Positions 18,184 to 28,447 of a stretch of DNA of 64,000 bases are shown here, in pieces. A program made the translations under genes and the position numbers. This DNA is from a virus. Below the pieces are notes generated by a model. That model was not told the DNA's origin. It did not search any database and worked only from the letters and a program-made list of their open reading frames with translations. The stretch covers positions 45,430 through 109,429 of IMG/VR virus record IMGVR_UViG_3300031413_000005, one strand, 5' to 3'. The first letter of the stretch is position 1. Each line of letters begins with the position of its first letter.

Positions 18184-21100
18184 TTAGGACGCCGTGCTCC
18201 TCCAGGTAACCTCGAAGCCGTCGATCGTCGCTTCGTCGCCGCCCCACCCGAACTCGAAGCTGATGTCTGCCGAGCCGTCGGTGTTGATGACGTGCTCGAC
18301 ATCGGTAGCGGCATCGGTTGTCGGCGCGACGATCGGGTCAGGGTTCCGATTATTCCACTTCGAGAAATCCTGCATGTTCGTAGGCGCAACCGCGATGGTG
18401 AACTCCTTCGTCACCCAAGGCGAGATCGAGTTTTCCGCGACCGCGCGCACCTGAACGACATAGGCTCCCGTCTGAAGACCGTTCATTGCGCACCGCGTCT
18501 GGGTGTGGCTCCCAAGGCTCAACCATTCGGTCTCGACCTTGCGCCGATACTGAGCCTCGTAACCGGTCACCCCAGTACCGTCGCCCGGCGCCACCCAGCT
18601 TACAGCCGCAGAGCCGATGACATCGAAGTTCGTGGGAACGACGGTGAGCCCGGTTGGCGGATCGAGCGTTGCGTAGATGACCGCGATGGTGCCGCGAACG
18701 CTTGGAGCAGTCGCGAACGGGGCACGGTCGCCGCGCTTGTTGTAGGCCACGACCTTGAACTCGGGCACGTCGCCCTCATTGAGCGACACGAGCAGCTCGG
18801 TCATGTTGAGCGCGGTCCCGACCGGACGCATCGCGCCCCCGTTGAGCGCCATGTAGACGTCCGCGCCGGCATAGTTGCGGATCCCCGCAGCGGTCCAGTG
18901 GACGCGCGCGTTGAGCGACTTGCGGTTGGCCGAGACCATGCGCTCGTAATCGAACAGGAGCGACTGGACGTGCGCGACCTCGCGATCGGAAGGCGGCGCA
19001 ACCGGGATCGGGATCTCGAGCTCCGCAGGACCGTAGACCCGCTCGTCGTATTCCATGAAGGTCAGCTTGCGCTTCTCGACGCCGTTCCCGCTGACGCCCG
19101 TCAGCGTGTAGGGCTTCTTGACCAGGCGCAGCTCGCCAAAGATAAAGTTGCGCAGCGAAGCGGGCGCGACCGGGAACGCCACGGTCACGTCGACAAAGGA
19201 CCGCTCGACAGCCCCAGCTGGCGCGACGACCTCGCGCTCGATCAGGACGTCGGTATCCCAGAACGTGACGGTGTCGCCGGTCTTGATGCCGTCGTTGCTG
19301 GCAAGCAGGACGGTGTCGAACTGCGACCCCTTCACGACCTGGGCGATCTCGCAATCCACCTCGCCGACCTTGGCACGCGCGGGGACCTTCCCGGGCGACA
19401 GGAAGGACGCGGTCGGGATCATGAGCTTATTGCCGATGACGCTCGACACCTTGGCGGTGCCCTGTGCGATCGCGTCGTAAAGGATGAGGACGCCCCAGGA
19501 CTTGCCCGGCTCCATATACACGTTCTGGTCGAGCTGGATGCGCGTCGTCGTCGATCCCGCGGCCGTGCGGCCCGACTGCGACCACTCCATCATGTTGTGC
19601 GCGATCAGCGCGTTCTCACCTTGGACGATGTTGATCGATTCCAGGAACGACTCAAACTCGATCGTGCGGATTAGCAGCCGGTTGGCGTAGATGTTGCGCC
19701 ACAGCTCGCGCCGCGCCTGCTCGATGTTGTCGACGCCCATGAGCGCGATCGATGACAGACGCTGGCTTTCGTTGAACGTGACCGCCTTGGGGTCGACGTA
19801 GCGAATGGTCTTCTGCTTGTTGCGGTCGTTCCGATCGAAGTAGCTGACCTCGAACTCATTCGCCCGATCGACCATTGGCATGTAGGTGACCTGGAAGGTC
19901 CCCTTGAGGATCGAGCCCTGGCCGAACGCCGTGACGGGATCGCGCTTGCGATCGATCACCACCGAGATCTTATTGCCTACCGGAACCGGCGCCGCATGGC
20001 CGACGCGCAGCACGGTCTGGAACGCCTCGGCGAGCGTCGTGCCCGTCTCGAACACGCCGTTGAACGCCAGGTTGTTGTCGCGGCAGTGCTGCGCGAAATC
20101 GAGCCATGCAGGCCAGTCGATCTCAGTCTTTGGCGTTCCGGCGCCGCGCTCGATGCCCGCGAGAATGTCCAGCGCGACCCAGGCGACATTATTGCTCCAG
20201 CGCTTGACGGTCGGGTTGCCCTCGAAGTCGTATTCTTGGAGCAGCGAGCCTCGCACGCGCGCGGTCAGCCCCGGTATTCCGTTGAGCTGTTCGTTCAGCT
20301 TGATCTTGAGCGACAGGTTCGCGGTGCCGCGCAGCGCGACCTGGTCCGTCTGGATCTCCGCGACGTCCGTCAGGAAGACTTCGTCGAGCAGATACTGATC
20401 GGTGGACGTGACGGTCGTGCGCCGAATGCGCGCCTGGTAGTAGCCGCGAGCGAGCCGGCCGCTTTCGAACGACTTGCGGATCTGGCGCGTGCGCTTGTCC
20501 GTGACAGTGACCGTGCCGGTCTGGTTGGGCGGGTAGGCGATAACCTCGCTGATCGTCCCGTTCGGAAGGCGCAAATCCACGACGCCCGCCTTACTGAGCG
20601 TGACGTCGTAGGTGCTGTTCGCGATCGGCGTGATGTCGGTGTCGCCGACGATCGAGCCGTCACCCGACGGGTCGAGATTGTAGCCGACGCTGGGCTCGCT
20701 CGACAGCGTAGGGGCGACCGAGACCCAGTTGCCCCCGTCGACGCGGTATTCGAGGCTGTTGGCGGAAAGCGCGCGAGCTTCAGCTGCGGTCGACGCGACG
20801 TTCGACTGAGCACCGACGATAAAGCGCATGGCGGTGCCGACGATCGACAGGTTCGCGGCGCTGCCAATGTAGTTGCTCGGGTTCGCCGCGCCCGTCCATG
20901 CCTGGACCGGCTGCTTCGTGATCGGGTCGAGCAGGCGATATTCCATAACGAACGTCACCGACCGCGGCTTGTAGGTGCCCTTCTTCTGGTCGATCTGAAC
21001 AAGGCCCTGAGTGAAGCCGACATCGAAGCGGAGCTGATCGACCTCGGTCGACGTCTCGTGAACGAGCGCCGTCGTGTCGATCTTCATCCCTTTGTTGACC

Positions 21101-21825
21101 TGACGGATCGACCGGCCAAACCAGTCATTCACGTCTTCGGTCAGCGTCCCCTTCTTGAAGCGCGTCTCGACGTTCGTGAAGTTGGCGAGCGGCTGCTCGT
21201 TCACCTCGATGTCGTAGACACCCTCGATCTCGCCGTCGTTGAGGACGGTGCGCAGGAACAGGTATTGGTCGTCGCCGACGTTCAGCGTGTAGAGGTCGCC
21301 GAAGTTGCCGGCGACGCGATACTCGCCATAGATGACAGGGTAAGGGATACCCTCGACCGCGGAGTTCTTCGCGCCGTCGATGCCGTAGCTGTTCGAGGTG
21401 TTGCTGTCGTTGCCGAGCTTGCTCTTTGGGGTGAGCAGGAACGCGTTCACGAGCCCGGCGCCGACCGCGACGAGGGCGATGACCCACCACTGCTGCGTGA
21501 TAGCCGCGACGACTGCCACAGCAGCCGTCAGCGCGATGCGCATGATCGCCTTGAAGCCGTCACCGCCCTGCGGGATCAGGATTAACCCGAGCTGGTCGCC
21601 CTTGTTGACGACGTGCAGGTGCGCATGGTCGAGCGCGACCTCCTGCCCGTTGTGAAACGCCTTCCACTCGTGCTCGGTCGGAAGCCCATCGAAATACTGG
21701 TCGAGCGTCGCGCCCTCCCGGTATTCCATCTCGTGAACCTCGACGCTCGAAGGCGTGAATGCGTCGTAGAGCAGCCGGAGCTGCACCAGATCCGGGACGA
21801 CGTCGGGCGAGCGATCCTCACGCAT
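18184..21825 (-). CDS. tail tip / host specificity protein J-like (with I-like N-terminus, FN3)
   Basis: YGIDGAKN...PYPVIYGE, GEIEG, SNNVAW, FN3 near the C-terminus. Confidence 0.85.
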   Translation of the reverse strand: MREDRSPDVVPDLVQLRLLYDAFTPSSVEVHEMEYREGATLDQYFDGLPTEHEWKAFHNGQEVALDHAHLHVVNKGDQLGLILIPQGGDGFKAIMRIALTAAVAVVAAITQQWWVIALVAVGAGLVNAFLLTPKSKLGNDSNTSNSYGIDGAKNSAVEGIPYPVIYGEYRVAGNFGDLYTLNVGDDQYLFLRTVLNDGEIEGVYDIEVNEQPLANFTNVETRFKKGTLTEDVNDWFGRSIRQVNKGMKIDTTALVHETSTEVDQLRFDVGFTQGLVQIDQKKGTYKPRSVTFVMEYRLLDPITKQPVQAWTGAANPSNYIGSAANLSIVGTAMRFIVGAQSNVASTAAEARALSANSLEYRVDGGNWVSVAPTLSSEPSVGYNLDPSGDGSIVGDTDITPIANSTYDVTLSKAGVVDLRLPNGTISEVIAYPPNQTGTVTVTDKRTRQIRKSFESGRLARGYYQARIRRTTVTSTDQYLLDEVFLTDVAEIQTDQVALRGTANLSLKIKLNEQLNGIPGLTARVRGSLLQEYDFEGNPTVKRWSNNVAWVALDILAGIERGAGTPKTEIDWPAWLDFAQHCRDNNLAFNGVFETGTTLAEAFQTVLRVGHAAPVPVGNKISVVIDRKRDPVTAFGQGSILKGTFQVTYMPMVDRANEFEVSYFDRNDRNKQKTIRYVDPKAVTFNESQRLSSIALMGVDNIEQARRELWRNIYANRLLIRTIEFESFLESINIVQGENALIAHNMMEWSQSGRTAAGSTTTRIQLDQNVYMEPGKSWGVLILYDAIAQGTAKVSSVIGNKLMIPTASFLSPGKVPARAKVGEVDCEIAQVVKGSQFDTVLLASNDGIKTGDTVTFWDTDVLIEREVVAPAGAVERSFVDVTVAFPVAPASLRNFIFGELRLVKKPYTLTGVSGNGVEKRKLTFMEYDERVYGPAELEIPIPVAPPSDREVAHVQSLLFDYERMVSANRKSLNARVHWTAAGIRNYAGADVYMALNGGAMRPVGTALNMTELLVSLNEGDVPEFKVVAYNKRGDRAPFATAPSVRGTIAVIYATLDPPTGLTVVPTNFDVIGSAAVSWVAPGDGTGVTGYEAQYRRKVETEWLSLGSHTQTRCAMNGLQTGAYVVQVRAVAENSISPWVTKEFTIAVAPTNMQDFSKWNNRNPDPIVAPTTDAATDVEHVINTDGSADISFEFGWGGDEATIDGFEVTWRSTAS

Positions 21826-22189
21826 AGAGGTATGCCGCAAGCGGAGTAAACATGCCGTTGGTCAGGCGGTCGGTGGTGACACCGGTCGCCTCGAACGCGT
21901 GGAGGAAACGGTCGCCGGTCAACGTGAAGCCGACATGCGCGCCGATACCCTCGACACGCAGGGTCACCAGCGAGCCGACGGTGCCGATCGGAACTCGGCG
22001 CCAGCGTGCGCTCTCGGACGAGATGAGGTCTGCAACCTCCTCGATCGTACCTGGACTTTCGAAGTCGGGAAGAACGACACCTGCGCGTCGAAACATCTCG
22101 ATCGCCAACCCATAGCAATCATAGGCGTCGGGACCACGCGCGCCGCGTTTGAACGGCACGCCAAGGAGATCGAGATATTCGGGTGTCAT
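21818..22189 (-). CDS. tail assembly protein, NlpC/P60 (lambda K-like)
   Basis: GARGPDAYDCYGL...HVG...FLHA. Confidence 0.85.
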   Translation of the reverse strand: MTPEYLDLLGVPFKRGARGPDAYDCYGLAIEMFRRAGVVLPDFESPGTIEEVADLISSESARWRRVPIGTVGSLVTLRVEGIGAHVGFTLTGDRFLHAFEATGVTTDRLTNGMFTPLAAYLYA

Positions 22190-22200
22190 AGCGGCACATC

Positions 22201-22234
22201 ATACCAGATTGCATGTGTGTTATCTACCATGCAC
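22201..22234 (-). promoter_or_regulatory. 24-bp motif with -10 (34-bp promoter cassette)
   Basis: ataccagattgcatgtgtgttatctaccatgcac. Confidence 0.85.
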
Positions 22235-22237
22235 CTC

Positions 22238-22879
22238 CTACAGGTTCATGGGCACCAGGCCGGGCAGAACGCGTGCGTTCATGCTGTTACCCTTCTCGCG
22301 GCACCCGCCCTTCCCATCGAGGACATAGGTGCAGGTGGTCGCTGCACCCTTATAGCCGCACCCATAATCCTTGAAGCGCCAGGCGCAGCGCTCGCGGAAC
22401 TGCTTGTATTTGGGGAACTGGATATTAAGCGGGTTCTCGGCCCCCAGGTTCGCGGTGACGACATAGTCCTTGGACGACGTCGTGATGACGCTGAACTTCT
22501 CGCGCACCTCCGCGGGTTTATCGAGGCGCGCGGTGTTCACCACCATCAGCACGACCTCCGAAAATACGCCCCCGGCGTAGCCCTCGATCCTCGACTGGAT
22601 GAACATCGTCGGGTCCGTTGCGGTCAGCGTCACGCTCGGCGACGTGTTTGCCTTCTGGTCGATCTGAAGGTCGAAGTTGGCCGACTGGTAGATCGCCGTG
22701 TAGCCCTTCTCGTCGAGCCCGAACATGATGTTTTCGTCGTTCGCTGCCAGGCGCAGGATTTCGACGACCTGGCGTGTGTTGGGGTCGACGATCCGCAGCT
22801 CGAGCAGAACGACGAACGCCACCTTGGACGAGATCTTGTTCTTCTCAATTACCGTTGCGACAGAAAGATGGCGTGCCAT
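22238..22879 (-). CDS. minor tail protein L-like
   Basis: C-terminal CAWRFK..CGY...C......C Cys cluster; synteny. Confidence 0.75.
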   Translation of the reverse strand: MARHLSVATVIEKNKISSKVAFVVLLELRIVDPNTRQVVEILRLAANDENIMFGLDEKGYTAIYQSANFDLQIDQKANTSPSVTLTATDPTMFIQSRIEGYAGGVFSEVVLMVVNTARLDKPAEVREKFSVITTSSKDYVVTANLGAENPLNIQFPKYKQFRERCAWRFKDYGCGYKGAATTCTYVLDGKGGCREKGNSMNARVLPGLVPMNL

Positions 22880-23253
22880 TACAGCTCCTTCATCTCGAAT
22901 GTTGGGGACCACATGCGGTTACGACCGATGATCTGGGGCTCCCAGTTCGGCTCCTTCTCGAAGCGCATCGTCCGGTAGAAGCCGTGGACATAGTCGTAAT
23001 AGGTGAACGCCTCGGTCGTGAGGTGCGCATCCCAGAACGCCTTCAGCTTCAGATAGTCGTCGTGCGAGCAGCCGATGAAGCCGGTCTTGACGGTCTCGCG
23101 CGGCCGGCGCGTGGTGCGCTGCCGGCGAAACTCATAGCCGCCATCTGCATCTGCTCGAATGTCGTTGACCTCGACGCCAGGGACGTACTTGGACGGGCTC
23201 TCCCCTCGTTCGAGAAAGCCCGCCCCAACTCCCTTGATGGGAAACTGTGCCAT
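22879..23253 (-). CDS. distal/minor tail protein (M-like)
   Basis: follows the tape measure; DGGYE.RR..TRRPR. Confidence 0.65.
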   Translation of the reverse strand: MAQFPIKGVGAGFLERGESPSKYVPGVEVNDIRADADGGYEFRRQRTTRRPRETVKTGFIGCSHDDYLKLKAFWDAHLTTEAFTYYDYVHGFYRTMRFEKEPNWEPQIIGRNRMWSPTFEMKEL

Positions 23254-23255
23254 TA

Positions 23256-26200
23256 CTAACCTGCTCCAAGCTGTTTGAGCGCGGTGCGGAGCGGGCCTTG
23301 CTTACTGGTCGCCTCGGTGACGATGCCGATGACCCAGTCCTTCCCGTTGAAGGACGGCTCGCTCGCTTCGGCCTCCATGTCCGTGCCGCTGTTGTTGATG
23401 AAGTCGATCTTAACCGACGGAGCGACACCGCCCCCGCCTGCGAGCCGTCGACCAAGGAGGTTCTGCTGATCTTCCGTCAGCATGAGCTCCTTTTCCTTGG
23501 CGATGATCGGATGCTCGCCTGGCTGGAGCGGTCGCTCACCGATAAAGCCGCCCGTGTGATACTTCGCGGCGTTCGCAAAGATGGCCGGGTTGACCCCGCT
23601 GACCGTCTTGAGAGCACCACCGATCACACCGCCCGTGTGGGCTACCGGGGTCTTTGCGGCCGAGTAACCGATGCTGGACTTCGAGCCGTTATTCAGCCCC
23701 ACGCCTGCCCCCATCTGACCCTTCAGGAACGAGCCCATGCTGACGTGCTTGCCGTCCGAGTTGTTCGCCATGCCGATCGCCGAGAGGATTGCGTAGGCAA
23801 TCATCGCCGTAAGGATCACCTTCATCAGGCTCTTGACCACACCCAGCACGAACTCACCGGTATTGAACTCGGCCTCACCGATGCCGTCGGCGTAGCTCGC
23901 CACGGCGTCGGCCATCGTCGACTGGATGCCCTGGCCCATCTTGGCCCAGTCGCGACCCATGCGAGTGATTGCGCCCTCGTTCTGGCGAGCAAGCTGCGCC
24001 TTCGAACCGCGGTCCCACTCAGCAAACGCCTTTTCCATATCGAGGCGACGCTGCGACCCGGCTGCGGTCAGCTCGATCAGGCGGCGCTGACGCGCGACCT
24101 CCAGCTCGTAGTTCTTCTGGCGCTGGTCGTTCTCCGACAGCAGGCTGTTCCGCATCTCGATCGCTGCATCGCTCCAGCCCTGGGCAATGTCGGCCGCGTC
24201 TGCGTCCTTGAAGTTCTGGACGATCTTGTCGATCGTGGCGTTCGCCGAAGCGAGATCGTCGCCCTTCAGTCCGTCGGTCAGACCAGCGAAGCGCGACGTG
24301 ATCTGCGCGAGCCGCTTGTCGGTCTCCATCGTCCCCGACGAAAACGACTTCCACAGCGCATCGGCTTCGGTGCGTGACTTCGACAGTTCCGCGTCGAGCC
24401 GACCTGTGGATGCCTTCACGTCCTTCTGGCGATTGAGGCTCTCGACGATCTTCAGATACTCGCGCATCTGGTCGATCTTCTCCTGCGGCACGCCCTTAAA
24501 CGCACCGGCCTCGAATTGAGCGTTGAAGCTGGCAAGGTCACCCTCGCCGCCCTGGAGCTCGTCGCGAAGCCCGGCGATCTTGCCCGCGAGGTTCGTCAGG
24601 CGCGTGTCGAGGTCGTCTGCTGCGTTTGCGGCGTCGGCCTGCCCACCCTTCGCGGCGGTCAGCGCATCCTTCATTGCCATCTGGCCGCGCACGACGTCGA
24701 GCTGAGCCTTGCTCCAGCCCTTATACTTCGGCGCACCAGCTGCGACCTCTGCGTTGAATTTCGCGAGGTTGCCGGCAGAGCCGTCCAGCTGAGCCTTGAG
24801 CTTGGCGACATTACCTGCACCCGCTGCCATAGCGGCCGGGAAGCTGCTCTTGCCGCCTCCACCACCGCTCACGGCATTCGCGGTGCCTTCCAACGCGCCA
24901 TTGGTCGCATCTGCCTGCTGCTTGAGCTGCCGAAGTGCCGAGATCATCGGACCCGACTTGAGACCCTTTGCCGTTCGAGCATCGACCATTGCCTGAAGGC
25001 TACCGATACGGTTCTGGAGATCGCCAGACGCCTTCTTGTCGTACTTGGCGCGCAGCTCCGCATCGATCGCAGCGATCTTCTTCTGATCGGTTACGCCCTT
25101 GGTGCGGATCTGCTGCTCGCGGACGTAGCTCTGCGAAAGACGGTCCAGGAAGGCGTCATGATCCGAGGTGACCTTGTTTTGCCACTGCTGCTGCCGCTGC
25201 ACATAGGCGGTCTGTTGACCCGCGGCGCGTGCGCCCACGAGGTCGTCATCCTCCTTCTTGATTTCAGCGAGGCGCTTCTTGCGCGAGGCGTCGTTGACGA
25301 ACCAGGCGCCGTTGCCGGTGTTCTGGTGCGACTGACCGGATACGCCGATCCCCTTGCCCATGTCCTCGTTGAGCTCGCGAGCTTCCGCGGCCAGGTTCGC
25401 ACGCTGCATGGCAACCTTTGCGGCGTCACCGGCTTCCTGGAACCCCTGACGCATGCGCTGCGCTGCTGCGGTCGCACGGTCAGCCGCGGTCTCGAACACG
25501 CCGAAAGCCGTTGCTGCCTGGTAGGCGAGCATCGCGATGATGCCGACCGGACCGAGCGCAAGGTTGACCGCGGCCCCGAGCGCGGTCGTTGCCACTGCGG
25601 CAACGCCGGTTGCAGCGCTATAGACGCCCTTGGCAAGCGCTGCTGCGCGCGTGGCGAGCGTCGACTCGACCGTCGATGCAGTCTCGGCATTCTGTGCTCG
25701 GACAAGCGCTGCCTCGGCCAGGATCTGGCGCTCGACGTTCGCGAGGATCTGGAACCCGACGCTGACCTTGCCCTTACCCGCGACAGCATTCCCAGCCATT
25801 GCGGCCGTCTCGCGAGAGATCGCAGCGGTGACGCCCGCGGTCGCCGTCGCAAGCCGTGCCTTGGCCGAAATCTCCTGCGCGGTCTCTGCGCGGCCGGCGA
25901 GGCGACGAGCGCGCACTTCGCCTTCAACCCGTGAAAGGTTGGCTGCGGCGAGGGCTGCATTGCGCTGGGCTTGCGCAAGCTCGCTCTCCGCGATCGTCTG
26001 CTGCCGAAGCGCGGTGCGAATCTGCTGTGCGCGCTGTGTGCGGGTCAGGGCCGAGTTGTTGGCTGCGGCGTCGGCCTGGGCGCGAGCGACGGACAGACGC
26101 TCGATTGCGGCCTGCTCCTCCGCTGTCATGGCGATCGACTGAGCGCGAGCGGCCTGGATCGCCGGATCGGACGCCATGTTCTTCGTCGCCTTGGCGATCG

Positions 26201-27674
26201 CCAGCTCGCGCACGCGGATCAGCTCTTGCTCGGCTGCTGCTGCGGCTGCGCGTGCCATGACGACATTCTGCGATGCGGCGAGCTGGCCTGCGCGCGAAGC
26301 GGCGTTCTGCGCGGCCTGCGTGGCGCGAAGCTGCGTCTCCTGCAACTTGAGCAGGACCAGTCGATTGTTCTCGTTCACGACGGCCTGGGCGGCGCCCGCG
26401 GCTGCTGCGCGTGCGCGCTGAGCTTCAGCCTGCGCGGACCCAAGGATCGTCACCCGGCCCGTCGCGACCGCCATGTTGTAGCGGATCTGCGCAACGGTGC
26501 CGTTGTCGACGCCCGAGAACAACGTGCGCATGTTTGCGCCGAGATTCGTCAGGTAGCCGGCGAGATTGTTCAGCATCTGGCCGAGCGAGTTCGCCCACGC
26601 CAGGCCCGTCTTCATCGCCCAGACGGTCGCGAGCGCCTTTGCGGCAAAGCCCACCTGATCCTTGAACTGGACCACGGTCTTGATGACCGACACCAGCAGG
26701 CCCGCGACATTGCCGACACCCGCGCCGAACGACGCCAGGAACGACCGGGCCTCGGTCGAGCGCATGAGCGTGTTGAGCTGCTTCATCTCCCCGACGACGC
26801 GGCCGAAGAAGCTGTCTTTTTGACCCATGCCGGTGAAGTCGGTGGTGAGCTGCGCCCAATTCGACTTCACCTGCGCCATCTGGCCGAACAGGGTGTTTGC
26901 GAGCTTCTCGCCCGAGCCGTGGTAGACGCGCTCCATCTCGGCGAACATCGCGGCAAGCGCTGGCTTGGCCTGGACGGTCCCCTTCTGGATCATCTTGGCG
27001 AGTTCGGGCATCGACTTGCCCATGGCACGCGCCATCAGGCTCATAGCCGACGGCACCGCTTCACCCAGCTGCTGGCGAAGTTCTTCCATCGAGATGACGC
27101 CCTTGCCGGCCATCTGCTGGATCGCGATCGCGGCGCGGTTGAGGGTGTCACTGTTACCGCCGAACGCCGCGGTCGCGTCGACCAAGCCACGGAGCGAACC
27201 GTTCATCGGGTCGATGCCGCCCGACTTGATCTTGACGAACGACTGCGCGAGTTCCTGGACTGCAAAGCCCGAGGTGCGCGCGATCTGGTAGAGCGACGAA
27301 AGGCTCTGCTGCGCTTCCTTGCTCTTGCCGATGTCGGTGGTTGCGGTCGACAGGCCCTTCATGAGGACCGTCAGGCGCTCGATCTCGCCCGCCTGCTTGA
27401 AGATCGCGCCCAGCCAGCCGACCGAGACGTCCTTCAGCGTGAGGAATGCGGAGCGCGCCTGGCCCAAGATGACCATCAGGTCGCGCAAGCGGGCGGTGGG
27501 CGAGGACATCGAACGCCCGACGTTGCCCATCGTGGCGCTGAAGCGATTGGCCTCGAGCCCGGTCGAACGTACCGCACCGCCGAAGTTCAGGACGTCGCCC
27601 TTGGCGCCCGAGAGTTTGCCGTTCCACCGCGAGGTATCGAGATCGAGGACGACGCTTAGTTTACGGACGGCCAT
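23256..27674 (-). CDS. tape measure protein
   Basis: 1472 aa, Ala-rich helical; QMAGKGVISMEELRQQLGEAVP tape-measure motif. Confidence 0.9.
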   Translation of the reverse strand: MAVRKLSVVLDLDTSRWNGKLSGAKGDVLNFGGAVRSTGLEANRFSATMGNVGRSMSSPTARLRDLMVILGQARSAFLTLKDVSVGWLGAIFKQAGEIERLTVLMKGLSTATTDIGKSKEAQQSLSSLYQIARTSGFAVQELAQSFVKIKSGGIDPMNGSLRGLVDATAAFGGNSDTLNRAAIAIQQMAGKGVISMEELRQQLGEAVPSAMSLMARAMGKSMPELAKMIQKGTVQAKPALAAMFAEMERVYHGSGEKLANTLFGQMAQVKSNWAQLTTDFTGMGQKDSFFGRVVGEMKQLNTLMRSTEARSFLASFGAGVGNVAGLLVSVIKTVVQFKDQVGFAAKALATVWAMKTGLAWANSLGQMLNNLAGYLTNLGANMRTLFSGVDNGTVAQIRYNMAVATGRVTILGSAQAEAQRARAAAAGAAQAVVNENNRLVLLKLQETQLRATQAAQNAASRAGQLAASQNVVMARAAAAAAEQELIRVRELAIAKATKNMASDPAIQAARAQSIAMTAEEQAAIERLSVARAQADAAANNSALTRTQRAQQIRTALRQQTIAESELAQAQRNAALAAANLSRVEGEVRARRLAGRAETAQEISAKARLATATAGVTAAISRETAAMAGNAVAGKGKVSVGFQILANVERQILAEAALVRAQNAETASTVESTLATRAAALAKGVYSAATGVAAVATTALGAAVNLALGPVGIIAMLAYQAATAFGVFETAADRATAAAQRMRQGFQEAGDAAKVAMQRANLAAEARELNEDMGKGIGVSGQSHQNTGNGAWFVNDASRKKRLAEIKKEDDDLVGARAAGQQTAYVQRQQQWQNKVTSDHDAFLDRLSQSYVREQQIRTKGVTDQKKIAAIDAELRAKYDKKASGDLQNRIGSLQAMVDARTAKGLKSGPMISALRQLKQQADATNGALEGTANAVSGGGGGKSSFPAAMAAGAGNVAKLKAQLDGSAGNLAKFNAEVAAGAPKYKGWSKAQLDVVRGQMAMKDALTAAKGGQADAANAADDLDTRLTNLAGKIAGLRDELQGGEGDLASFNAQFEAGAFKGVPQEKIDQMREYLKIVESLNRQKDVKASTGRLDAELSKSRTEADALWKSFSSGTMETDKRLAQITSRFAGLTDGLKGDDLASANATIDKIVQNFKDADAADIAQGWSDAAIEMRNSLLSENDQRQKNYELEVARQRRLIELTAAGSQRRLDMEKAFAEWDRGSKAQLARQNEGAITRMGRDWAKMGQGIQSTMADAVASYADGIGEAEFNTGEFVLGVVKSLMKVILTAMIAYAILSAIGMANNSDGKHVSMGSFLKGQMGAGVGLNNGSKSSIGYSAAKTPVAHTGGVIGGALKTVSGVNPAIFANAAKYHTGGFIGERPLQPGEHPIIAKEKELMLTEDQQNLLGRRLAGGGGVAPSVKIDFINNSGTDMEAEASEPSFNGKDWVIGIVTEATSKQGPLRTALKQLGAG

Positions 27675-27692
27675 CGGTTGATCTCGATCCAC

Positions 27693-28010
27693 TCACTTGC
27701 TGTTGAAATTGGCCTGCATTTCGAGGAACTTGGCCTCGTCGAAGCCCTTGATGACGAGCATCGGCGAGCCGACCTCGGCGCGCAGGCTGGCAAAGAGCTC
27801 CTTCGCCGTGTCGCCGGAGCTGGCCGCGATCAGGAGCTGAAGGGTGCGCTGGTCACGCTCGGCCTGAAGGCGATCGATCTGCTTGTTGGCGGACCAGAAC
27901 GACTTCAGGGGAAGCGACAGAACCTGCGTGTGTGTCAGCCCGTATGCACTTGCTACGCGCCAGAAGAAGAAGGGGAGATCGACTGATTCCAGCCGGTCTC
28001 CCTCTAGGCG
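27693..28010 (-). CDS. tail assembly chaperone, T-like segment reached by -1 frameshift
   Basis: open -1 frame after slippery G GGA AAC (28010-28016): ...ESVDLPFFFWRVASAYGL...EMQANFNSK; no ATG near its 5' end. Confidence 0.75.
   Translation of the reverse strand, partial: RLEGDRLESVDLPFFFWRVASAYGLTHTQVLSLPLKSFWSANKQIDRLQAERDQRTLQLLIAASSGDTAKELFASLRAEVGSPMLVIKGFDEAKFLEMQANFNSK
27925..27948 (-). repeat. 24-bp motif, intragenic degenerate copy
   Basis: tgcgtg-tgtgtcagcccg-tatgca. Confidence 0.5.
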
Positions 28011-28438
28011 TTTCCCTCGGCGTCCGTCGCACCTTCAGCGCCGGCATCGTTCATGTCCTGGCTCATCTGGTTGAGCCAGGCGAAGATCGTGAACAACTTG
28101 GGGACCGGCAGCTGGTTGACCGGCAGCGTGGGGAAGAACGAGATGACGGCGTCGCGAATGACTTCGACGGCCTTCAGCTCGGCGTCCTGCGCTTCCTCGA
28201 CGGTCGCGTCGGGCGAGTTCGCGGCGAGCTCGACCAGGCGCTCGTGCTCCTGGGCGCGAGCCTGCTGCTCGACGAAGCCTTCGACGGTGAGGATCACCAT
28301 CGCGTGCTCGACGCCTTGATGCTTGATCTTGATGTCCGACTCTGTGGTCGGCATCTCGTCGAGGTTGAGGTAACGGGGGCCAGTGCTGGTCAAGGGAATA
28401 CCGTGCTGTTCGAAGGTGGGCGGGGTGACCGAAGTCAC
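28004..28438 (-). CDS. tail assembly chaperone (G-like)
   Basis: between tube and tape measure; ends ...EGNA at the slippery site. Confidence 0.75.
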   Translation of the reverse strand: MTSVTPPTFEQHGIPLTSTGPRYLNLDEMPTTESDIKIKHQGVEHAMVILTVEGFVEQQARAQEHERLVELAANSPDATVEEAQDAELKAVEVIRDAVISFFPTLPVNQLPVPKLFTIFAWLNQMSQDMNDAGAEGATDAEGNA

Positions 28439-28447
28439 CCCGACGGG

